From sequence record NC_052654.1: a stretch of DNA of 64,000 bases; one strand, written 5' to 3'. Position numbers and translations under genes: made by a program. The DNA comes from Escherichia phage vB_EcoM-Ro121c4YLVW. The notes beneath the pieces were generated by a model. That model was given only the letters and a program-made list of their open reading frames with translations, was not told the DNA's origin and searched no databases. Shown here one piece after another: positions 54,030 to 64,000 of the stretch. Each line of letters opens with the position of its first letter. Position 1 is the stretch's first letter.

Positions 54030-54464
54030 ATGCAAAACATCAAACTAACTTGGACCGAAGCTAAAGAAGCAATGAAGGAAGGTAGACGTGTTGAGCACAG
54101 TTATTTTTGCGGTGGTGAATGGTTTGAGATGCGAGATGGTGTTATTCTCGACGAACAAGGTTATAACATGGAAACTTGGTTCAGAGGGGAAGCTTGGCAG
54201 GAAGAGGGTTGGTCTGTAATTGAAAAAGAAGACAGTAAGGAAGAAGGCGTGTTGTCTAATGTAGAACGCAAGATGAGGGAAACAAAGATACCTGCTTTGG
54301 ATTTTGTATACCTGGAAGAACTTGTGGCAGCATCTTTTGTAGCAGGAAATCTTTGGAATACACCTGTTAGCCGACTGGAGAACCAAAATAACCCATCTGC
54401 TCGTAATCACAAGCTTTATAAGGGTAAAGGTCACAACAAATTAAAGAAAGGAAAGAAGAAATGA
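54030..54464 (+). CDS. hypothetical protein with basic C-terminus
   Basis: ORF track 144 aa; RBS AAGAGGAGAA. Confidence 0.5.
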   Translation: MQNIKLTWTEAKEAMKEGRRVEHSYFCGGEWFEMRDGVILDEQGYNMETWFRGEAWQEEGWSVIEKEDSKEEGVLSNVERKMRETKIPALDFVYLEELVAASFVAGNLWNTPVSRLENQNNPSARNHKLYKGKGHNKLKKGKKK

Positions 54465-54607
54465 TCTACAAAAACAAGTTCACTGGTTGTCTCCGTAAAT
54501 TTATCGATAAGAAAGGGTATGTTTCTCTTGACAACGGGGTTACATGGACAGAGAATGGCACTTCAGAACAGCTGATCAAAGCTTTGCCTTACTACGAGGA
54601 GGTTTAA
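54461..54607 (+). CDS. 48-aa hypothetical protein
   Basis: ATGA-coupled; fills gap; below ORF-track cutoff. Confidence 0.35.
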   Translation: MIYKNKFTGCLRKFIDKKGYVSLDNGVTWTENGTSEQLIKALPYYEEV

Positions 54608-54931
54608 ATGTCAAACAGTTTGTTTAGCGTGTCAATTGCACCACGTGTCAACATCCGTTGTCAGTTTGTTACTTTACCTGGTGTAACGCATATCACATTA
54701 GAATACGATCCTCGCTCACGAGACAACCCAATCACAGGGAAAATTGATTGTGCTTATGGAGACTTTGTTATGGATCACCAAACCCTCTTATGCTGTGTGC
54801 AACGCTTACAGGCAGGATCTTTATACATCTTTAAGAAAACAGTGTTCCAAGAGATTGCTCAAGCAGTTGAAAGCGGTATGGAGACTCTTAACGTTATGAT
54901 TGAAGCAGCCAACCAGAAGGAGGTTTTATGA
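54608..54931 (+). CDS. hypothetical protein
   Basis: ORF track 107 aa; RBS GAGGAGG. Confidence 0.45.
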   Translation: MSNSLFSVSIAPRVNIRCQFVTLPGVTHITLEYDPRSRDNPITGKIDCAYGDFVMDHQTLLCCVQRLQAGSLYIFKKTVFQEIAQAVESGMETLNVMIEAANQKEVL

Positions 54932-55185
54932 CACTTTATCACGTAACCACTGAAGGCGATACCGAAGGTCGTACTACGAAAGATTTAGGGTATGTTGAAG
55001 CAGATTCCCCTGAACACGCAATTAAGTATTTGCATTCCATCGGTAAATATGCGACTTATGAATATACTATCTACAAGGTTGAAGTTAGCCCTATACAAGT
55101 GGCAACTCCTATGGTAGAGTTGAAACATCTTAAGGCAAAAGTAAGACCTGGTATAGTGTCCGATTACAAAGGGGGAGTAAAGTGA
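54928..55185 (+). CDS. hypothetical protein
   Basis: ORF track 85 aa. Confidence 0.45.
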   Translation: MTLYHVTTEGDTEGRTTKDLGYVEADSPEHAIKYLHSIGKYATYEYTIYKVEVSPIQVATPMVELKHLKAKVRPGIVSDYKGGVK

Positions 55186-55394
55186 GTGGATGGATTAAAG
55201 TATCTGGTACCGAGGATGTTCCTATCGGAGAGTGGCTTGTAATCATGGCAAACGGCAAGAAGGGATTCTGTGAAGTTAACAAAACACGCAATGGCACGAT
55301 AGCTGTTATCAATGGTCATTTTTATTTTGACTTGGCACCTGTGATCGCATACCATGCACTACCAACATATGAAGAGGAGATTAACAATGGCTAA
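55182..55394 (+). CDS. hypothetical protein
   Basis: ORF track 70 aa. Confidence 0.4.
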   Translation: MSGWIKVSGTEDVPIGEWLVIMANGKKGFCEVNKTRNGTIAVINGHFYFDLAPVIAYHALPTYEEEINNG

Positions 55395-55710
55395 CAAAGA
55401 ACCACATGTATACACTGCACTGGTAAAGCACTTGAACAAAGAACGTAACAAGATCATTGCAGATTATCGTAAATTTAAACGTAGTAGTCTAAATCGTAAA
55501 TACATGCCACATGCAGCTTTTGACGCTACACGTGCAGTGTTTCGTGCAAAGATTGCAGAAATGGATAATCTGCTTAAGCTTGCACGATTATCTATTCAGG
55601 CATCCAAAGTAACAGGAGTCACTCACTTCTTTGACTTCGATACTAAAGCACTATATGCACCAGAAGCAGGTGAACAATTGATTTATCTACTTACCAAAAA
55701 TAAGTGTTGA
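55387..55710 (+). CDS. hypothetical protein
   Basis: Start at ATG after GAGGAGATTAAC. Confidence 0.45.
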   Translation: MANKEPHVYTALVKHLNKERNKIIADYRKFKRSSLNRKYMPHAAFDATRAVFRAKIAEMDNLLKLARLSIQASKVTGVTHFFDFDTKALYAPEAGEQLIYLLTKNKC

Positions 55711-55715
55711 CTTTT

Positions 55716-55790
55716 TTCAAAAAATATGCTACCCTAACCCCGAAGGGTCGAGCGATAGCGAGTATAGATTATGTAATAGATTAATCTCTA
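55716..55790 (+). promoter_or_regulatory. promoter-like conserved element, copy B
   Basis: TTGACTTTTTTCAAAAAATATGCTACCCTAA...CGAGCGATAGCGAGTA, homologous to 20935-21010. Confidence 0.4.
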
Positions 55791-55879
55791 TCGTTAGATG
55801 TTCGAAGAACAGAGATTTAAGTACTTGTTCTTATCGGTAGATGATCGTAAGATCAAGAACAATAATAGGAGAGTGTGTT

Positions 55880-56077
55880 ATGTTAGTCAGTGAAATACTA
55901 CCTGACTCTAATGGTAATCAGATCACTATTGATTGGTTTCCTGGTACTGGTACACTAGATCTAACTGCTGAATGGTCTGGTGATATTTATGGAGAAGGTG
56001 TATTATCATTGTCTACAGAACAAATGATCATCCTTCGTGACTTCTTAATTAGTTTAGATCTAGGAGAAAACAAATGA
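55880..56077 (+). CDS. hypothetical protein
   Basis: Start at ATG after AGGAGAGTG. Confidence 0.45.
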   Translation: MLVSEILPDSNGNQITIDWFPGTGTLDLTAEWSGDIYGEGVLSLSTEQMIILRDFLISLDLGENK

Positions 56078-56343
56078 GTAAAACTTCTGTTGAGTTTATC
56101 GAGAAATCCCCTGTTCCAAAGTTATACCGTTTATCTGAAATTGAACCTATGTCTGTTTTCTATTACTACAACTCAGAAGTAAATGAACAAGAACGGGACT
56201 ACTACTTAGCTACAGATACAGGTGCAGTTTGCTTAACAGGTTCTCGTGCAGGAGAATACATTGCAAATAGTCGTTTTAATGAAGCAGATTCCTGTTGGGC
56301 TAAGGTTGAAACTAAGATCGTCATCAACATCATCAATCATTAA
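56074..56343 (+). CDS. hypothetical protein
   Basis: ORF track 89 aa. Confidence 0.45.
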   Translation: MSKTSVEFIEKSPVPKLYRLSEIEPMSVFYYYNSEVNEQERDYYLATDTGAVCLTGSRAGEYIANSRFNEADSCWAKVETKIVINIINH

Positions 56344-56425
56344 GATTAATCTCACAAAGAGTTACTTGACATGTGCAAAGCTCTTTGTGTAGAATAAAGA
56401 TTCACTTACTAAGGAGACTTTATAA

Positions 56426-56623
56426 ATGGCTACAAAGAAACAGAAAATGAAATGTCTTACTCTTACTGAACTGGGTCAAGCTTCCAACTGCGTTACTGTT
56501 GGTAAGATTTATTCTACAGTTCTTGATAAAGACAACAACAGTTTTACTTTCAAAGATGATAACGGAAACCCTCAAGTTGGAATCTACCCTTCCTGTGCTT
56601 TTGGTACTTGGGAAAAAGTGTAA
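56426..56623 (+). CDS. hypothetical protein
   Basis: ORF track 65 aa; RBS AAGGAGA; promoter TTGACA-N18-TAGAAT upstream. Confidence 0.45.
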   Translation: MATKKQKMKCLTLTELGQASNCVTVGKIYSTVLDKDNNSFTFKDDNGNPQVGIYPSCAFGTWEKV

Positions 56624-56666
56624 CTAATTAGAGGGTATACTTGTAAACAAGATTAAGGAGGCATTT

Positions 56667-56840
56667 ATGGGAGATAAACAAAGTAACATCCGTTACGCGC
56701 TTTATGGAAGAATGGGTGCAGATTGTGAATGGATGCTTCTGTCGCAACGTATACCCTCTTACAAAGAGGCTCTTGAAAAAAGAGACTATTATAAACAAAC
56801 ATGGCGTTTTGTCATTTGTAAACACTATTTGGAGGCGTGA
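56667..56840 (+). CDS. 57-aa hypothetical protein
   Basis: Strong RBS TTAAGGAGG; preferred over antisense track ORF 56628-56855. Confidence 0.4.
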   Translation: MGDKQSNIRYALYGRMGADCEWMLLSQRIPSYKEALEKRDYYKQTWRFVICKHYLEA

Positions 56841-57148
56841 TGAGTACATTATCATTAGCAGTTATGGTACATCAACAGTATGAAGAAGCTGTGAAAGATT
56901 CAGAAAACCCTTCTACATTGGTGTTTGAAGATCGGACTGGTCTTAAATGGGTAGAATCTTGTGGTGAACTTTACTTTTGGTATCCACAAGGTTGCACAAG
57001 TAATTCTAATCTGTATAGTTATGAATTGGAGTATCGTGCGCCTGTAGACGAAGATGATAATTACATCATGTATTATGTTAATAATGGTTGCGGTGAAATG
57101 TTTAATGTAGTATTCTCTAAAGCCTTGAAGTCCGACGAGGAGATGTGA
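56840..57148 (+). CDS. hypothetical protein
   Basis: ORF track 103 aa. Confidence 0.45.
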   Translation: MSTLSLAVMVHQQYEEAVKDSENPSTLVFEDRTGLKWVESCGELYFWYPQGCTSNSNLYSYELEYRAPVDEDDNYIMYYVNNGCGEMFNVVFSKALKSDEEM

Positions 57149-57507
57149 TGAGAAAAGTGCTGTTTGCCTTGCTGTTATTAGCCTCTACTGGTGTTTTTGC
57201 TCGTGACGGCTTTAAGGTTGGGGCAGATCGCACTAAATTCTTCACATGGTTCGGAGGTGAAGCACTTTACCAAGACGGTAAAGATAAAATAAAATGTAAG
57301 TATGTAGAAACATTAAAAGGTGTGGATGATTGGGGCGATGCTTATCAAGCAACAGGCTTCTCTTGTAAGAAACACCTTTACATTGTAGTAAAAGAGTTTC
57401 AAGATATAAATAAACAACTTTTTATTTTAGTAGATCCTAGTAAATTTAATGAACGGGCAGCTTATGAAGTTGACATGTTCTTAGAATACAAGAAGGAGGA
57501 AAAATGA
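57145..57507 (+). CDS. secreted small protein (signal peptide)
   Basis: MMRKVLFALLLLASTGVFA-RD. Confidence 0.5.
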   Translation: MMRKVLFALLLLASTGVFARDGFKVGADRTKFFTWFGGEALYQDGKDKIKCKYVETLKGVDDWGDAYQATGFSCKKHLYIVVKEFQDINKQLFILVDPSKFNERAAYEVDMFLEYKKEEK

Positions 57508-57866
57508 GAGAAACGATTGTAGATGTTGTTATTAATGGTCAACGTTATGTGCCTGTTGTAGATAAAGCTGAACCAGATGCTTTAGATGTTGTTTTTGAAG
57601 ACGATGATCTTGGCACTGTTACTGTGCGTGAATATTTCAGACGACTGCTCTCTACACTTTGGGAAGAAGAAGACAGTTTCAGTGGAAAACGTCCTTTCGG
57701 TAATTCTTGTTGGCAGTTCGATTTGATTATTGGTTTGATCGATGCTGGGTACTTGGAAGGTAAAGTTTATCGTGACGAAGATGGTGGTATAGAAGATACC
57801 GACTATGATCGAGAAGAAGCAGATAAACTAATTCAAGGTCTGATCGCACGTATGTGTTTAGGTTAA
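57504..57866 (+). CDS. hypothetical acidic protein
   Basis: ORF track 120 aa. Confidence 0.45.
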   Translation: MRETIVDVVINGQRYVPVVDKAEPDALDVVFEDDDLGTVTVREYFRRLLSTLWEEEDSFSGKRPFGNSCWQFDLIIGLIDAGYLEGKVYRDEDGGIEDTDYDREEADKLIQGLIARMCLG

Positions 57867-57867
57867 T

Positions 57868-58236
57868 ATGAAGGTATTAAACTTTTACCATTTAGGCAAA
57901 ACAATCCCAGAAGGTGCTGTTTATATTGGTAGAGCAATGCCACACATGGGACTAAAAGCCTCCAAGTTTGCGAATCCTTTTAAGTTAAAAGATGATGAAC
58001 CACGAGGATCAACCATACAAAGGTATAAAGAGTGGTTGTGGGAGCAAATTCGTTGTGGTAAGATCACTCTTGAAGATTTATTAGAGTTAGAAGGGAAAGA
58101 TTTAGTTTGCTTCTGCTCACCTCAACCTTGTCATGGAGATGTATTGGTAGCAGCCGTAGCTTGGGCTAGAAAAGAGTGGGACAAAAAGCATCCTACTTAT
58201 GTAGACAATTATTGGATTTGGGAGGAGAATTTTTGA
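57868..58236 (+). CDS. hypothetical protein
   Basis: ORF track 122 aa. Confidence 0.45.
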   Translation: MKVLNFYHLGKTIPEGAVYIGRAMPHMGLKASKFANPFKLKDDEPRGSTIQRYKEWLWEQIRCGKITLEDLLELEGKDLVCFCSPQPCHGDVLVAAVAWARKEWDKKHPTYVDNYWIWEENF

Positions 58237-58586
58237 AAAATATTATTGATGTAGATGTGTTTGGTATCACAACACTACAAGACAAACAAGCAACATTGTA
58301 TTATCATAAAAAAGAGGACCAAGCTTACATCTACATCGGGGCAGAAAAGTTTGGTGTCGGAGATATGGTTTTAAATGTTGAAGGAGATCTTCCTTTAGAA
58401 CAAAAGTTGAAAGTTTTTCGTTTCACAGGAGATGTTAAACTAGACGGCGTTATCGCAATCCTACAAGAAGACCATTATTACATGGTAACTTTCGTTACTC
58501 CTGCTTTCTCTGGCCTTAATGGAGAAGAAGCTCTTAACGACGTTATTATCTTAAAGATTGGTAATGCTCTAAACGATGTAAACTAA
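58232..58586 (+). CDS. hypothetical protein (start uncertain)
   Basis: Frame open across previous stop; possible TTG start after GGGAGGAGAA. Confidence 0.35.
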
Positions 58587-58599
58587 AGGGGGAGTGAGT

Positions 58600-59109
58600 A
58601 TGTTCTTTGATGCAAATTCTCTTTTTGTATCTACAGCAGGGCAGTCTGCTGTTAATGCAGAATTTGAGGAAAGAGAAGAATGGATTGATAATCACAACTA
58701 CGATCCAAGTAATTTAAACTGGTGCAGTTTGGATGTTGGTAATCTTAGTCGAGATAATGCACTTAGAGCATACTACTCTGTATATACTGTTGACAATCTT
58801 TATCAATACTACGTGTTTCGTAGTCTTATTGTTAATCTTAATTTAGCTGGACGTTTAAAGAACAATAAGGCATTCACATTGGGACATTATATTCCCTTCC
58901 GTAAAGGTGGTGTGCATTTTCCATGTAATTGGATTATTCAAACACGAAAAGAAAACAGTTTAGCAGGAGACACCATGCCAAGATTTAAAGATAAGTGGAC
59001 ATGGGAAAAACAAATGGGATACATTAATGCACATTTGCCACCTAATCTAAAAGAACCTTACGCCAGCAGAGCTAAGGAAATGATGAGGATTGTCAAGAGT
59101 TTTTATTAA
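58600..59109 (+). CDS. hypothetical protein
   Basis: ATG after GGGGGAGTGAGT; 169 aa. Confidence 0.45.
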   Translation: MFFDANSLFVSTAGQSAVNAEFEEREEWIDNHNYDPSNLNWCSLDVGNLSRDNALRAYYSVYTVDNLYQYYVFRSLIVNLNLAGRLKNNKAFTLGHYIPFRKGGVHFPCNWIIQTRKENSLAGDTMPRFKDKWTWEKQMGYINAHLPPNLKEPYASRAKEMMRIVKSFY

Positions 59110-59123
59110 GAGAGGAGAAATAC

Positions 59124-60716
59124 GTGTCTACACAATTGAGTTTTACACCTACCGATGAACAATACGCTATTGAAAGTGGGTATCAAGAAAATCGTTTCGT
59201 TACAATTCAAGCTAAATCTGGATCAGGTAAAACGTCAACACTGTATATGTTGGCTAATGGCACAAATGATAGTATTCTATACTTGGCGTTTAACAAAAGT
59301 ATGGCAGAGGAAGCTCGACGTAAAATGCCGCCTAATGTTATGTGCCGAACGCTACATTCAATCTGTTACCAGCGTCTTCCACAAAACCTTCGACACAAAT
59401 TGTCTCGTCCAGAAGGTCAATATGTTAACGTAGCTGGAACTGGTAGTGAGATTGCCAAAAAATTCAAGATTCAGAACTTGATTGATAAGAATGGTAAAGT
59501 GCTACTGACTCGTGCAATGATCGGGTTAATGGTAAAACAAACTTTAGCTAAATATGAGTTTTCTGACGATGAACATATTGGACATAAACATTTTCCTAAA
59601 GTGCATATGTCAGATCTTAAACGTAAGAACATCAACGAACAAAAACTTATTAACGAAGTTGTTAAATATGCGAAGCAACTTTGGCGTGAGCGTATTGATC
59701 CTAAATCAGAAACCATTATGACTCATGACACCTATGTGAAACTCTTTGAATTGAGTAAAGAAGATTTAGGATACGATATTATTTTTGGAGATGAATTCCA
59801 GGATGTTAACCCTGCATTCCTGTCTATCCTTCGCAATGCTAAATCGGCTAAACGTATTGTTGTTGTGGGTGATGAATTTCAGAGTATTTATCAGTTCCGT
59901 GGAAGCCAGAACATGATGAAGCAAACGGCTAAATATGGGGTTGAGTTGCCTCTGACAGCTTGTTTTCGCTTTGGTCCTAAAGTTGCGGACATTGCTAATG
60001 CGATCCTTTCTGATCGCTCACCTCTGAAGCATCCGCTGGTAGGCAAAGGTTATGATACTGTCACTGGAAGTTTTCATTCTGATGTGGTAGATTATAGTAA
60101 ACCTTACACCATTATTTTCCGTAAGAATTTGACCCTGTTGCTCGAAGCTATGGATCGAATCGCTAACGGAGAAGAGATTATTATTAACGTAGATACCAAA
60201 GATTTCATTTCTATGGTTGATAGTGTTAATGCTTTACGTAGAGGTGATTTGGACAAAGTTAAGCATGAGACAGTTCTACCTTACACTTCTTGGGAAGAAT
60301 TTGTAGAGTGTGCAGAATCAGATCCTGATGCAAAACGACTTTTAAACATCGTTGTTTCTGGTAAAGCTAATAATATTGCATACACTTTACGTATGCACCG
60401 TAACTCTCCAACGGCTAAAGTTACTTTAACTACAGCCCACAAATCAAAAGGTTTGGAGTGGGATCAGGTTATTGTTGCAAATGACTTCCCTTCCAATTAT
60501 GATAAGAAGGGTGAGTGGGTAGGTCTTGAAGAATCAGAACGAAATCTTCTGTATGTTGCACATACACGTTGTATTAAATGTCTGCAATGGAACCGAACTG
60601 TTCAAGAGATTTTAGACATGCATCGTTTAGGTAAGAGCACGGCTCCTGTATCTGAAGAAGATAAGCTTATAGCTGCCCTTGCTCGTAAGATTAATCAAAT
60701 CAGAGAGGATCGTTAA
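59124..60716 (+). CDS. UvrD/Rep-family (SF1) DNA helicase-like protein
   Basis: Walker A AKSGSGKTS, motif II GDEFQD, C-terminal TTAHKSKGLEWDQVIV; GTG start after AGAGGAGAAA. Confidence 0.65.
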   Translation: MSTQLSFTPTDEQYAIESGYQENRFVTIQAKSGSGKTSTLYMLANGTNDSILYLAFNKSMAEEARRKMPPNVMCRTLHSICYQRLPQNLRHKLSRPEGQYVNVAGTGSEIAKKFKIQNLIDKNGKVLLTRAMIGLMVKQTLAKYEFSDDEHIGHKHFPKVHMSDLKRKNINEQKLINEVVKYAKQLWRERIDPKSETIMTHDTYVKLFELSKEDLGYDIIFGDEFQDVNPAFLSILRNAKSAKRIVVVGDEFQSIYQFRGSQNMMKQTAKYGVELPLTACFRFGPKVADIANAILSDRSPLKHPLVGKGYDTVTGSFHSDVVDYSKPYTIIFRKNLTLLLEAMDRIANGEEIIINVDTKDFISMVDSVNALRRGDLDKVKHETVLPYTSWEEFVECAESDPDAKRLLNIVVSGKANNIAYTLRMHRNSPTAKVTLTTAHKSKGLEWDQVIVANDFPSNYDKKGEWVGLEESERNLLYVAHTRCIKCLQWNRTVQEILDMHRLGKSTAPVSEEDKLIAALARKINQIREDR

Positions 60717-60968
60717 ATGGCAGGGTATCACATAACAGACATTAAGAAACAACCTTATGGCAGCATAGAAAAGATTAAAGAGGAAGTAGAAGAACTTTTT
60801 GATGCTGTTGAGCAGGATTGCAAAATAATGCAACTTGTTGAATTATCAGATATTATAGGTGCTGTCGAGGGAGTTTTAGAACAACAGTTCCCAGATATGA
60901 CTTTACAAGACTTAATCATTATGTCCAACATTACTAAACGCGCTTTCCGCACAGGAGGAAGATCATGA
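60717..60968 (+). CDS. small MazG-like nucleotide pyrophosphohydrolase (tentative)
   Basis: 83 aa with KIKEEVEELFDAVE...ELSDIIGAVEGVLE pattern. Confidence 0.35.
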   Translation: MAGYHITDIKKQPYGSIEKIKEEVEELFDAVEQDCKIMQLVELSDIIGAVEGVLEQQFPDMTLQDLIIMSNITKRAFRTGGRS

Positions 60969-61519
60969 ACGTAGCTGTTATTGCTCAAGCTATTGATTAC
61001 TACGGGCGATTTGCGGAGATGTTGGAAGTTCCTTATCTTGTAGATGCGGATATCCTTGCATATACATTACCAGAAGGTAAAGAGGATCGCCCCTTGGGGC
61101 ATCCTAATGGTAAGTTCTACGTAGCCAGTGCAGAGCAGTCTTTCCTCCAGATGGAGAAAGATGGGTTTGAATTTTCAACAGATCATCCTTATATGGCTCT
61201 AACACCTTGCTACCGAACAGAAGAAGAGTTGGATGATGCTCATTTTAACATTTTCTTAAAGTTGGAAATTATTGAGTTTTATCCAGGAGCGTCCGTAAAA
61301 GAATATGCCGAAACTATGCGCTATTTCTTTTGGACGTATTACAAAGTTCAAACTCAAATCATAGAGACAGATATTGGTCTTGACGTGGAAGATATGTATG
61401 GGTTAGAATTAGGTTCGTTTGGGATGAGAACTTCTCCACAAGGTCATCCGTATTTATACGCCACTGGTATCGCAGAGCCTAGGGCATCTATTGCAATAAA
61501 ACGAGGAGGGTTATTATGA
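60965..61519 (+). CDS. hypothetical protein
   Basis: ORF track 184 aa. Confidence 0.45.
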   Translation: MNVAVIAQAIDYYGRFAEMLEVPYLVDADILAYTLPEGKEDRPLGHPNGKFYVASAEQSFLQMEKDGFEFSTDHPYMALTPCYRTEEELDDAHFNIFLKLEIIEFYPGASVKEYAETMRYFFWTYYKVQTQIIETDIGLDVEDMYGLELGSFGMRTSPQGHPYLYATGIAEPRASIAIKRGGLL

Positions 61520-62862
61520 ATGTATATGCACATAAGCAAGATTTGGTAACAGCGGCAAACAATCGGGGCTTGTTCGATAGGCTTTGCAAAGCTATTGAAA
61601 TTGCATATGGTTGGACTAAAGAGACAGATCCTAAACTTACAGGACAATATGCTCTTTTACACGGTTGCACAAATTTTCCATACGTCTGTCACACAGTCGG
61701 GACCAATGAATTTTCTGGAGAGCCGACAGTAGGAGATAATGAACTACGTTTTACAGGAGATGCAATGTTAGATTTAATTCTTAAGAAAACTAAAATGCTA
61801 AAAATTGAAGATGTTTACACGGACACTAGTAACCTTTCTGAAGAAGAAATTGGAGAAATGATTACTACTTTCAATAATACAACAGGGAAGAGTTTTTGGA
61901 CTAAAAGCGATGCTTCCCGTCTTAAACGAGTAGACCCTGCTATTCCAGAAGACGGCAAGAAGTATCGAAAAGTTATCTTTTACGATAAAATGGCAGGTCT
62001 GGATGCTCTACATCTTGAGTGTGGAAGCCTTGTGCCTCCGGCTGTTAGAGAACATGAATTTGCAGTTGAGGTTGAAGCACAGGAGTTTAAAGATATGTTT
62101 TATACTAAGCATGTAAGAAAAGTGGAAGATGTGGAACAACAAAAAGAGACTTTTGAACCAGAAGACACAGAGCCTACCTATATTCCTAATACAGGTATTC
62201 AACCTTGTGAGGATTTTGTTCAAGTCCGTTACAAAAATGGTGTTTTAGAAGTATGCAAAGCCAACCACTTCGAATGGGAGAAATACGACAGTGAATGGCA
62301 GATTGAAGAATATTTTGTTCTCCCAAGAACAGCAAAATACCAAGCACACATCGGAGGTAGACGCCCTTGTGATGGTCCTGTTAATGTTCTTTTTCGAAAT
62401 GGGGACCAAGGAAAAGGTTTGGCAGAGACGTTTTATTGGAGCCACTCTGGAGATGGGTCAGATATTGTAGGTTATATTGAACTTAACCCGTCTCCACGTT
62501 ACCGCAAGCGTCGTCAGAAGCCGCCAGTAGGTAAGAAGAGTGTCGTTCGTGTCCTTTACACTACACAGCAGACATACACATTTAAAAATGTGGTAGACGT
62601 GCAAGTGACCGAGGAGCGAGTTTATATCCAATATGATCGTGAAGTTACAGAGGGTATTAAAGAATCGGTTACTACCGAAATTGAAAATAAGCTTGTTATG
62701 GCAATCATTGTGGAAGAAAGTAAAGTAGAGAACGGTAAAGCCTACACTGTTCGTGATAGCTTCTTGCGTAACATTGATGGAACTTGGGATTATAATGGAC
62801 ACGATGGGACCGCTGTAAAGAACGGTAAGATCATGGGAAGACAATTCCTCTCCAAACGATAA
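61516..62862 (+). CDS. hypothetical protein
   Basis: ORF track 448 aa. Confidence 0.5.
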   Translation: MNVYAHKQDLVTAANNRGLFDRLCKAIEIAYGWTKETDPKLTGQYALLHGCTNFPYVCHTVGTNEFSGEPTVGDNELRFTGDAMLDLILKKTKMLKIEDVYTDTSNLSEEEIGEMITTFNNTTGKSFWTKSDASRLKRVDPAIPEDGKKYRKVIFYDKMAGLDALHLECGSLVPPAVREHEFAVEVEAQEFKDMFYTKHVRKVEDVEQQKETFEPEDTEPTYIPNTGIQPCEDFVQVRYKNGVLEVCKANHFEWEKYDSEWQIEEYFVLPRTAKYQAHIGGRRPCDGPVNVLFRNGDQGKGLAETFYWSHSGDGSDIVGYIELNPSPRYRKRRQKPPVGKKSVVRVLYTTQQTYTFKNVVDVQVTEERVYIQYDREVTEGIKESVTTEIENKLVMAIIVEESKVENGKAYTVRDSFLRNIDGTWDYNGHDGTAVKNGKIMGRQFLSKR

Positions 62863-62867
62863 AACTT

Positions 62868-62892
62868 AAAGGCGCACTTTGCGCCTTTTTTG
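62868..62892 (+). terminator. Rho-independent terminator
   Basis: aaaggcgcactttgcgcctttttt. Confidence 0.7.
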
Positions 62893-62962
62893 ATTTTCCT
62901 CAAAGCTTTTTTCGGTTGGAAGAGGTAGAATAATAGTTCTACTCACAAAATAAGGATTAATA

Positions 62963-64000
62963 ATGAAAGATTTGTACCAAGATGTTTTTTCTTTTTTAGA
63001 TCGCACTTCAGAAACATACACTAGAGAGAATGCAAACAAACCTTCCCACCTCGTTAACACGCATAGGGATCTCTTGGCGGGGATTTTAAGCAAACATATG
63101 GCAATGACACAGATACTGCCAAAAAACTTGTCAGAGTGGCATACAGAAGGTTTTGGACATATTCACGACTTGGATTATCTACTCTCTCCTCTTACAAACT
63201 GTTGTCTTGTTAATTATCAAGATATGTTAGAGACTGGTTTTAAGATCGGAGCCGCACAGATAGAAAAACCAAAATCTATTGGGGTAGCTACCACAGTACT
63301 AACTCAAATTATCCAAGCTGTTGCCTCCAGTCAGTATGGAGGTCAGACGTGTGCGCACATTGATAAAGGTCTTAGTCCTTATGTTGAAGCTAGTTTCCTT
63401 AAAAACATGGAGATAACTAAACGTCGCTACGGTTGTTATGCAAGGAAAGAAGCCCTAGAAATGACCGAACAAGATGTATATGATGCTATGCAAACTCTCT
63501 TGTATCAGGTTAATACTTTAATGAGTGTTAATGGACAATCTCCTTTTATTACAATCAGTATGGGTCTGGATACCTCTGTTTTTGGCAGAATGATCACAGC
63601 TAACTATCTTAAAGTGCATAGTAACGGTCTAGGCAAAGATCATGTAACACCTGTATTCCCTAAAGTTATTTTCTTTTTACAAGAAGGTGTAAACATGAAA
63701 CCTAGTGATCCTAATTATGACCTTAAGCAACAAGCTTTGGCCTGTTGTGCTGATCGTATTTATCCAGATTTTATTTCTGTTCCTTTGAACAAAGAAGTTA
63801 CGGGATCAGCAGATGGTACTGTTACGAGTATGGGTTGTCGTTCCTTTTTGTCGTACTATGCCACCGAACAAGGAGAAAAATATGATGGACGATTCAACCT
63901 TGGAGTAGTTTCTATCAATTTACCTCTGATTGCTGCGGAAGCGAGAAGTAAAGGAGAATCTTTCACCGACCTCCTTAATAAACATATGGAGATAGCCTAC
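62963..64000 (+). CDS. nrdD: anaerobic ribonucleoside-triphosphate reductase (class III), 5' part; continues beyond window
   Basis: N-terminal region closely parallels T4 NrdD (NANK, RDLLAGI.SKH, HxHDLDY, TNCCLV, GFKIG.AQIEKPKSIGVAT, QYGGQT); no stop within window. Confidence 0.8.
   Translation, partial: MKDLYQDVFSFLDRTSETYTRENANKPSHLVNTHRDLLAGILSKHMAMTQILPKNLSEWHTEGFGHIHDLDYLLSPLTNCCLVNYQDMLETGFKIGAAQIEKPKSIGVATTVLTQIIQAVASSQYGGQTCAHIDKGLSPYVEASFLKNMEITKRRYGCYARKEALEMTEQDVYDAMQTLLYQVNTLMSVNGQSPFITISMGLDTSVFGRMITANYLKVHSNGLGKDHVTPVFPKVIFFLQEGVNMKPSDPNYDLKQQALACCADRIYPDFISVPLNKEVTGSADGTVTSMGCRSFLSYYATEQGEKYDGRFNLGVVSINLPLIAAEARSKGESFTDLLNKHMEIAY

Noticed and set aside
60965-61519. Possible class II aminoacyl-tRNA-synthetase-like or ligase fold for the 184-aa protein
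   Set aside because: Only vague resemblance (YRTEEE, GLELGSFGMR) to class II motifs 2 and 3; too weak to call without a profile search.
1-64000. tRNA genes, CRISPR arrays, integrase with attachment sites (prophage borders)
   Set aside because: No cloverleaf-compatible GTTCGAATC-type T-arm in a tRNA-like context was seen outside coding sequence, no regularly spaced short repeats with unique spacers, and the only recombinase is a small resolvase-type enzyme without flanking att-like repeats; a dedicated tRNA/CRISPR scan would be needed to be certain.

Overview
This window looks like a segment of a large virulent tailed-phage genome with a sigma70/Shine-Dalgarno host context (TTGACA/TATAAT-type promoters, GGAGG ribosome-binding sites, many ATGA/GTGA-coupled small genes); no tRNA, rRNA or CRISPR array was seen by eye. 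Layout: a rightward block (1-17600), a leftward block (17667-53915), then a rightward block (54030-end) diverging from a promoter hub near 53930-53995. Recognisable genes: a complete dTDP-L-rhamnose pathway (rfbB, rfbA, rfbC, rfbD), glutaredoxin-like protein, T4-type lysozyme, PhoH, HslV-like peptidase, two DNA methyltransferase-like genes, Ser/Thr phosphatase, DprA/SLOG-like protein, Sir2-like protein, serine recombinase, NADAR-domain protein, AAA+ ATPase, UvrD-like helicase, and the 5' part of anaerobic ribonucleotide reductase NrdD. Most striking: a ~10.7 kb array (36060-46810) of more than 25 small leftward genes, most preceded by a near-identical unit of sigma70-like promoter plus conserved TAGGGCGG and a GC-rich leader hairpin whose stem shows compensatory changes between copies. 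The array is flanked by two unusual non-coding regions (34090-35640 and 47121-47958) that share Fur-box-like palindromes; the right one also has A-tract direct repeats and a promoter with no ORF behind it. Other leads: a six-member paralogous family, three adjacent small acidic proteins ending in W-x-SSSC, and a NADAR / multi-zinc-ribbon / AAA+ cluster. All coordinates and motif calls are by eye from the sequence and ORF track; no searches were run.
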